From Eledone cirrhosa (lineage: Eukaryota): a stretch of DNA of 64,000 nt. This document shows positions 55,026 to 64,000 of the stretch, piece after piece. Position 1 is the stretch's first letter, and every line of letters begins with the position of its first letter. The DNA lies in NCBI GenBank assembly GCA_964016885.1, contig OZ024740.1, positions 114,638,001-114,702,000 of the forward strand. Reading direction: 5' to 3'. Below the pieces are notes generated by a model. That model was given only the letters and a program-made list of their open reading frames with translations, had not been told where the DNA came from and did not search any database. Both the position numbers and the translations under genes were made by a program.

Positions 55026-56238
55026 ACAGCACCACTATCCCTCTTCCATTTTTCTTCTATATCTCTTCTCCCTCTCTCTATGTCTCTATTTCAATCTACT
55101 CTGTCACAACTACTGTCTCTTCCTCTATATCTTTCTCTCTCTATGTTTGTGACGGTACCTGGAAAAAAAACTATATCTCGGGAACACTTGGTCCGATTAA
55201 CGCGAAACTTGTTTTATTCCATTTCAGGGGCAACTTCCTTTCAAAGTGTTTTCCTATTATGCGCCCTTTTGGCTGTATTACATTACAGACAAGCAAGCAA
55301 GCAATCACAGACTTTTAGTAATATATAGATATATAACGAATATATCATTATTCAAAAGAAAATTCTACACCGTCTTACTGCCTAATAACCATTCAATGCA
55401 AAGGTGCTAAACTTTCCGAAACAGAGAGAACATACAAAGTTACCGTTATTTGTCCAGCAATGTAGACAACTACTATAATAAACATATAGATCATAAAATC
55501 AGCTAGAACAGAGATAGGTAACCCTTTCATGTTGCAAGGCTGCATTAAATTACTTGTAATATAATGAGGCTGCATTCAAGAAACGATATTATATTCTTAA
55601 AATTTAGATTATTTTTTTTTTTTTTTTTAGAAATCTAATTACTATGTACTAATTACCTGAATAACGAATTGAATTCAATAAAACTATTTACTTTTTAATG
55701 ACTTTGTTGTAATTGCTTGTTGTAGGAAAGCACCTTTTTAAATTATGGTCAATGTGGATTATTTCGTTGAGGTTTCTTTTAGTCCTTGATATTTAAAATA
55801 TATTCATCTTTAAAGCAATATAATATGAGATATACAAAAACCTATTAACAAAGATTTAAAATTTGTTGAACATTTTTTATTCTTTGAAAATGGAATAGAG
55901 GGCCGCGTGTCGCCCATCTCTGAGTTAGAACAAATAAATATTACAGAATAAGGGAAAGATAGAGTCAGAAGAATCATTCTCAATATTGGACTGATACCAT
56001 ATTTATTGACTTCGGCTTAACGAATGCAAGTTTACTACAACGAGATTTGAACGGAAAATGTAAAGTATCACAACAATTAAAGCGAAGCATTTATTAGTCC
56101 GGCGCTCCAACAAATGAACCAATGTATATGAAAGTATAACACATTTGACTATATAGATTTATTTGAGATCCATATACGCAACACATGTATAGCGAAGTTG
56201 GAGATATATTGATTCGTGCACTTCAAAGAAATATGTTT

Positions 56239-56325
<87 letters not shown>

Positions 56326-56432
56326 ATATATATGTATATATAACACATACACATATATATATATATTATACATAAACACACAAATATATACATATGCATG
56401 TATGTGTGTATATACATATGTATGTATGCATG

Positions 56433-56466
<34 letters not shown>

Positions 56467-57487
56467 TGTATGTATGTATGTACGTATGTTTGTATGTATG
56501 GAAGTATTTATTCATAGCACTCTTAAATAAATAATCTTGCTACTAAGAGCATATATTTTGATGTAAGTAAATAACGCCACAACTGACTGAAAGGCTATCA
56601 AATAGACACACTAGGTGGTATTAGGATGAAAGCCATCATCATAATAATTGATTGACGATAGTGTTTGTGGTTTCCACAATCATTTGAAGGATATATAGGG
56701 TTTGGTATAGTTGTGATGTTTTTGTGCGGTTTTAATCTCTGTAGGTGGGACTAGTGATGGTAATTACAGTCACGGTTTTGTTTGTCACAGTGATAACGAC
56801 GACGACGATAATTATCGTTATCATCATTACCATCATCATACACGTATATGTATATATGAATCGGGTTCCGATTTTATCATCGTAGTGGCCCACAAGTGAT
56901 GATGAATACAAGTATATATATATACTTTTATTCTATTACTGTTTTTACTCATTGGAGAAATATGAAACTAAGGCACCGCTTAGATGTATTTAGTCCACTA
57001 TATCGGCTGCCGCGCTGGCATTTATTTTAACAATCTCTGATTGTCGAACCGTCTATTTATGGGTCATATCCAGGGACATCAACGTAAATACACACACACA
57101 CATACACATAAACTCTCACACACACAACGCTCAATGTATGTGTGCATGCATGTGTGTGTTAAAATGACTCTTCTATCCCATGGTTATGAAGACAACCTAA
57201 CGTAGTATATAGGGCATGAACAATCGAGACAAATATATCCGTTTTACTTTTTATTGGATTGTGATGTAATTGCGTGGTAGACTTACACAGTCGCCTGCTT
57301 TATCCCTTCCACCTGATCCTCTATTGTCTTCAGTGGAGTCCACATTGTTGTACATTGTTCGACCTTATCTTAGTGCTTGAGAACTTGAGCTCCTATATTT
57401 TTACTTCCTTACATACTCCAAACAAAAATGCTCAATCAAACCACCATTCGGGGTTCGATTCTCCACTGGGGAGGCTCATAATTTTGA

Positions 57488-57680
57488 GGGCAGTGGATTG
57501 GCAGTATCGGTAGAGGGTCGGACGCTATGCTTTGACGCATAGAGTTACGGTCCTTGCCATTCTGAGTTCAAATCCCGCCGAGGTTAACTTTACCTTTCAT
57601 CCTTACGGGGTCGATGAAATAAAGTACCAGTAATGCACTGGATAATTGCTGGCCTTGTGCCAAAAGTAGAACAATTATTT
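57488..57680 (+). mobile_element. Nin-like SINE, single copy
   Basis: Highly similar to the array units at 20732 and 37626. Confidence 0.85.
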
Positions 57681-58035
57681 TCTGTTACTAAGCTAGAAAA
57701 TCCCAGAATAATACATTCATGTCTGTCCGTTGTCAAACTGAGTGGTTATAACCACTATTAACGAGTCCATCACTTCTATGGGTAAGGCTGGGTCAATCCT
57801 CTGTAAAACGCGTATAACAGGTCGATATACAATAAAAAAAACACTAAGGACATGTAAAGGAATCTTCATCGTTTTTCTTTATATATATATTATACATATA
57901 TATATATGTGTGTGTGTATGTAGAGAGAGAGTGAGTGAGTGAGTGAGAGTGAGAGAGTGAGAAAGAGAGAGAAAGAAAGAGAAAGAGAAATAGAGAATAG
58001 GTAGGCAGATTGATGACTAGATAGATAGATAGATA

Positions 58036-58293
58036 TCTTTCTTTATTTGCCACAGGGGCGTACAAAAATGGGGCATTACAAGACGTGACGGCGGGGGTTT
58101 TACATAAAAATAACATTAACATTAATAAATAACAATAAACTATATATAATAAAATAACAATTGAAATGCAGCGTTGTTTTACACCCCGTGGATAGAACAA
58201 TCTTCAACACCAGGAACACGTTTTGTAGGTGTTCCTTTATTCCCTCTGTTTATCTTCCTCAATCTACAGGTTTATATACAGAGAAGGTCCATT
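58036..58293 (-). mobile_element. 5'-truncated Tx1 3' tail between (GATA)n tracts
   Basis: Homologous to 58311-58575 and 31491-31740. Confidence 0.8.
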
Positions 58294-58310
58294 CAGATAG
58301 ATAGATAGAT

Positions 58311-61300
58311 ATATTTCTTTATTTGCCACAAGGGCGCACAAGAAAAGGGGACAATACAAAGACTTGCCGGGGATTTTACATACACTCGTGTAAAATATAT
58401 AAAACAAACAATTACAACAATCGAAATTCCCAATAGGGGGGAAGCGCCACAGATGGGTTGTTTAATACTCCGTCGAAAGAACAACCCTCAACTCCAGGAG
58501 CGTGTTGTGCAAGTGCTCCTTTCTTTCTTTTGCTCTCTTCTTTAACCTACAGGCTTATAAACAGAGAAGGCCCAATCACTCGGGCCATTTTTGCCACATT
58601 CGCCCCCTTTTCAGTAAATTTACTGGGGTGCTGTGCCTCTCTCTCCACTCTGATTCTCCTTCAAAGTGATACTTAAAGAAGGGAATCAATTGTCCGGAGA
58701 GAAAAGCATCTGTCCTCAGTCCTCTCAATCTCGTCCACCATATAACCTCTTTCACTATAGCCACTGTACAGAGGAAAACCGACTCTCTTTCGTTTTTGAA
58801 AGAGGCTGGCAGTTTGATCCTTACTATGGACTCAACAGTTAACTGGATTTTCCCATATGCGACAGCAGTTGTTCTGAATAGTTGCACATGTCGCTTACGC
58901 CGGGACAGTGTACAATTTCATGCAAGACGGTTTCAATGTCCTGCTCGCATCTTGGACACGTCCTCTTGGAAGGATCCCTTCCGGGTCAACCGTGCCTGTA
59001 GATCTTATCTCGAACGGGTAGAGCTCCTGGGTAGCACTGTCAGACCAGGGACCTCTGGAAGTTATCCATAGGACCCGGGCGGAAAGTCCTACCGAACAGA
59101 CTGGTGAGCTCGTCGTCTTCGACGCCTAGAGTCTCCCCGAGCACTTGTAAACCCTCTATATAATGTCGAAGTGGAGTCTCCACTGCTAACTGTGCCCGCT
59201 TGACAGAGGACTGTGAGCGCCTGGGCGCATTCAATGTGTCAGGCGCCCATCTTCTTCGGTCTTTGCTTGACCCAGGACTGCAGTTCCGTCAGCGAGACAA
59301 GTTGTGGGAATGCCTGTCTCACAGGTTAGTCGGTGAGGATTACCTGGAGATGCCGTAGCCTCAGCGCATGTTTGCGCATCATTAGCCACGACATGCCCAG
59401 CCCTCCGTTGGAAGAGTACTGACAGCAGTCGGATCTCGTCAACCAGTGGAGCCTTCTTCTTCCACAGGAACTGGAAGCGCATGTGTTCCATCTTAGTGAG
59501 GTATTCACGGGGACAAGTCACGACAATCAAGCAGCAGTAGATGACGGCCGCTAGGAAAGTGTTCGCCACCTCTGCTCGACCTTTCAAAGAGAGTTTGTAC
59601 TCTGCCCACTTCTGGGTGAGCGCAAATATCTTGGCCATGACCACGTTCCAGTTTTTCTCCAGCTGGAGGTCTGGACCGAAACAGACCGCGAGCAATTTCA
59701 CCGGTCCTTCCGTCCAACGTCCGACGACGCTGTCGGACGGCATCGATTTGCCTCTCCACGTTCCGAGATGCAAACCGACAGACTTGTCCGGGTTCAGTTT
59801 TTCTCCTGTGAAACTTTCGTATTCCTGTAGTAGGTTGCCGATTACATCGATTTCCGTGGTATTCGACACCATTACCGTCACGCCGTCGGCATACGCCGAC
59901 ATCACTTTTCGCAGTCCCGGTTCTAAAGGGATGCCCTGCAAAAGCTCCAGCTTCCGCAGTAGTGGCTCTAGTGTCAATGCCTACAGAATGGAGGAGAGAG
60001 GGCATCCCTGTCGAATGGATCGCGTAATTGCGAACGGCTCCCATAGGTAGCCTTTACCTTGATCTAGCTTCTGTAAACGGGACTGAAACCGGCCGCCTTG
60101 AGAACCGCTTCCAAATACCGAATGCCTTAGACTGATCTAAATTGATCTATATTGATCTAATTTGATCAGAGCCCCACCGAAGCCGGATTTACACCCCACC
60201 CTCTCTATGATGCATTGTATGAGGTGGAGGTTGTCGTGTATGGACCTGGTCGGAATTGCACACGTTTGCGCTTTCCCTATCAAGTTTTCGACGACAAGCG
60301 CCCGCCTCGTTGCTAGTGCTTTGGTCAAAATCTTTAACTCTGTGGTGAACAGAGTTATGGGCCTGAAATTGTTTATTTCCTTCCCCTTGTTCTCGTCTTT
60401 CCTGATCAGCGTTACTACGCCCTTGCCTACAGAACTGGGAATTGTCCCGTTCTGCCGCCAATTGCAGTAGACGGCTTCGAGGACGCCAGAGAACAAGTCC
60501 AGCATGCCTATGTAAACCTCATTGGGTAGACCATCTAGACCGCGTGATTTGCGTTTCCCTCGGCGGCACAGAGCGTCCCGTATCTCAGTAGCTGTGATCG
60601 GTCTTTCGCTAACTCGGCTTCCATGCTCGGGAGACGCGGCAGGCCCTCGAGGTATGAACGTCCATTTCCCCATTCGGTGCGCCGTCGTTCTGCTCAAATA
60701 GTCGCGCAAAGTGCAACTGAAAGGCCGCACACATCTGCCTGGGGTCAAGTAGCACGCGTCCGTTTTGGTCTTTCAAAGAACGAATCGTGAACCTATTGCC
60801 ACTTTTCGCTTCCTCCACTCGGGCCCAGCTAACAGTTTTTGCTCCCTCATTCCCTAGAGCAAGCGGTTTACTTCTGACCACGCAGCCTTCGTGTTTCGCG
60901 TCGAAGAACTGGTCCAGTGCCGTTCTCGATGCTAGCACTCTAGCTGCGTTGCCACTCCTAAGCGCCTCTTCTACCTTTGTTACTAGTTCTGTTTCTGATT
61001 TGTTTTCTCTAAAGCCAATTCTCTGCAAAACCCTATCGATTCTACTCTAATTGCTCTCTTGAGAGAGTACCACCATCTATTGTTGACGATGGCTTTCGTC
61101 AACTCTTGCTTAACTAATCTACTTATCCGTTCACTGTAGGCTTTTCGTGCCGGCAATGACACGTTCGGCTTCCAGTATCCGGGTCCTTGTCTATGTATTC
61201 TATCACGGTTGATTATGCAGACGACTAGTTTGTGATCCGAATAGGTAACCATGTGCATTTGTGGACACCTTAGCATCTTGTTGTCCTCTCTAATGAAAAC

Positions 61301-63870
61301 CCTATCTATATACGATCTAGATGTCCCGCTGCGGTTTGCCCACGTCCACTGTGCTGCAGTCGGGAAATCTAGTCGATATCTATCGGTCATTTGGAATTGC
61401 ACTCCGCTCTACTGGGACAGCTCCCACATAGTCCCATCGTGCATCTAGGATACCATTCCAGTCCCCCACTAAAAGCAAGGAGCGAGACGTTCTCAGAAAA
61501 GAGTCTAGACGCTTAAAGAAGTATGGCCGCGATTGTGATTGCCCGGTCGGGCATAAACGGCCACCAGTCTGAAGGCTCCACCTCCAATACTGTTCACGTC
61601 TAGGACTACCAGTATACTCTCCGGATCCAAGTGTACTTGCTTTACTTCAACATCCAGGTTTTACCGCAACATGACAGTCACGCCTCCTCCTCCTCCCGGC
61701 TGACAGAGAGATGCGTAGATCTCAAAGTCATTGAAGATGGGGGTTAGATGCTGCCTGTTGTGGATCCTGGACTCGGTGATGGCTATTACATCTATACCGT
61801 GTGACCTAAGGTCGTTTAAAAGTTGGCCCTGTTTCCAGGGCATCCCTAGGCCACGCACATTCACGCTTCCAAATCGTAAGTCAGCCATGTTGGTGGAGAA
61901 GAGTTGGCGAAAAGGACGAAAAGGTGCACTTACCTTTTCGTTTCCTAGAGATCGAGTTGTTCAATTTCCATTTCAGTTGTGGTGGGGAAACATTTCAACA
62001 GGGCACGATTTATTGGTTTTTGGCAGGGTTGCCAACGTCCTGTGAAAACTGTTCTTTCAATTTCTGATAGGTTTCTATCCAAACCCTTATTAGTTTTAGG
62101 TGTGGTTGGGGTCCTGTGAGATAACCTCCATCAAATTTTTGTTGTTGGTGTTGATGTATGTATATTGTTGTTTTTGTTTTGGTTGTGTTGTTTTAGTTTG
62201 GTGTTCGTCGGTGAGTTTTCTTTTTTGTGTTTGGGGTGGTGTTGTTGTTTGTTTGGTTGGTAGGGGGAGGTTTGGTTGTGGTGTTGTTTGTGTTGTTGTT
62301 TGTGTCTGTGGTTGTGTGTTGGTGTTGGTGATTAGAGTTTTGTGGGTTTTGTGGTGTCTCTTTTTTTTGTTTTTTGGATTTCCGAGGCTTTTATTCTTCT
62401 TCACTTAAAGAAGGAGGAGCAGCCTCATCTGGTAATGAATTATCATCATCAGGAGTGTGGGGTAGGGGTATGTTGTGTGGTGATGGTGTTTTGGTGTGTG
62501 TGTTTGTGGTAGTGTTGGATTTGGTGTGGTGGGTGGGGCTGTGTTCTTCAGGGGTGCTGTTTGTTTTTTCTGTTGTTTTTGGTTGAGTGGTTGTTTCTTT
62601 GGGTGTGTTTGCTTGTTGTGTGTGTTGTTGTTGTTGTGGTGGTGGTTGTGATTGTTTTGGTGTTGGTGTTGGTAAAAGTACTTTTTTAAAAATTTGTTTG
62701 TAAAGGGGAGGAGGCTTTTAGGTGTGATGTGCTTGCAAATCGAAAACAGTGTGGTGTCCTCCTTCAGTTACAATGTTAATGTAGTTTTGGTTGTCGACCA
62801 GCACTCTTTCGAGGATTTTGGAAATTCTTTCTGGTTTCATTTGTATCAGAATTTTCAAATTTGTCTCTGCACACTTTTGTCTGGTCGACTTCCTTACCTA
62901 AAGAATTGTGTCACTTTCTGGCTCTATGAACCCTGCTAAGATCCACCAAACATTGATGTTTGGTGGTATGTTATTTATTTTAATGTTTTGATTTCTTTTT
63001 CCCATGTAAGTAGGGAAAAGGGTGTGTGATTTTGTGATGACTGGTGTAACAGAATGATTTTGTGCGAGGGCCTCGCTTATAAAAAGTACCGAAATACTTT
63101 CATATAGTCTGGCCCTCTGCATAAAATCAATGTCCGGCAGATCCTCTTTCAGGGTAGTTTCAATTTCCCCTTGACTGAGGAATACCGGCTTTTTTTATTT
63201 GATTTGAGAGAGTTCAGAAGGTTACTGTTCTTCGAACTGCTTCTTGTTTAATTTCCAAGGGTGAGTTTATATGAAATCCACCCTTTTCTTCAAATGTTAT
63301 TAATTGTTTCGCAGCAGACAACATTTGTTTTGAATTGCTGATGTCCAACTCTTTATATTCTGTTTTTATTTTCATTACAGTCTGTGCGAATGTTGTTTTT
63401 TCAGTTTTGTTGTTGTTGGTGTTTTCGTGTGTAGTTGTGTTAATTGTTTCAATTTCTGCATTTTCTGTATTTTTTGGTGTCTGTTGTGGGCTATTATTTT
63501 CATCTTTTGTTGTGCAAATATCCATTTCTTTACGAAACGAAGTTTTGTTGATGTTTGTCTCCATAGATACTTCTATGGAAGTAGTGCGAGATGTAGCGCT
63601 TATATCTGCCTATTTCCCCTTCTTCTCGCTGTAAACGGCTGTCTAAGCCATGCATTGTTACTGTTAGGAAAATTTTAAAACATCTCAATAATGTTTTTAA
63701 TTAAATTTTCGACCCTCAGGGGCGAAAACTTAGATTACCACTCAGCTGACAATTCAGCCTGGGTGTTAATCTATCAAACAATATAAATGTTCACATAATA
63801 AATTCTGTTTTTGTATAGAAAATGTTACAAAGATTTACCGACGATATATCGCACGTCCGGTCGATAGAGG
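58311..63870 (-). mobile_element. Second near-full-length, more decayed Tx1-clade LINE flanked by (GATA)n
   Basis: ORF1 remnants at 61930-63564 (TFAQTV, RTVTF, FPTYMGKR shared with copy 1). ORF2 remnants at 58550-61888 (MADLRFGSVNVRGL, SYIDRV, SDH, FRPITL, AYADG). Confidence 0.9.
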
Positions 63871-63902
<32 letters not shown>

Positions 63903-63904
<2 letters not shown>

Positions 63905-64000
63905 ATTTCTTTATTAGCCACAAGGGCACAAAATAAGGCGACAAATACAAATGGGGAGTTTACATACAGGTATATGAAAATAAAACTATTAATAAAATAA
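63903..64000 (-). mobile_element. 3' end of a further Tx1 copy running off the window
   Basis: tttctttattagccacaagggc...acaaatacaaa..ggggagtttacatac matches 31493-31555. Confidence 0.8.

Overview
This is AT-rich, microsatellite-saturated eukaryotic genomic DNA. A cephalopod (octopus-like) origin is inferred from the SINE families and the mix of Dong/R4, RTE, Tx1 and Penelope elements. No host protein-coding gene can be confidently assembled, and most ORFs in the track are (TA)n/(CA)n/(TACA)n artefacts. Real coding content is retrotransposon-derived: two Dong/R4-type RLE LINEs (in (TACA)n and (TAA)n), two near-full-length Tx1-clade LINEs plus 3' tails abutting (GATA)n, two Penelope-like elements (RT + GIY-YIG) and three RTE 3' remnants. 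There is also a hAT MITE, a Helitron and tandem SINE arrays. The most striking hidden layer, found by eye on both strands, is roughly 28 type I hammerhead-ribozyme (HHR) motifs from more than a dozen distinct short non-coding elements. Nearly all sit in (TA)n tracts as fold-back palindromes and/or partial tandem arrays, with monomers of 312, 320, 539 and ~611 bp. They include two U3-A8 core covariants, HHRs with very large loop insertions, and insertions whose ends or fold-back points coincide with the predicted cleavage site. All folds are manual predictions, and coordinates of degenerate features are approximate.
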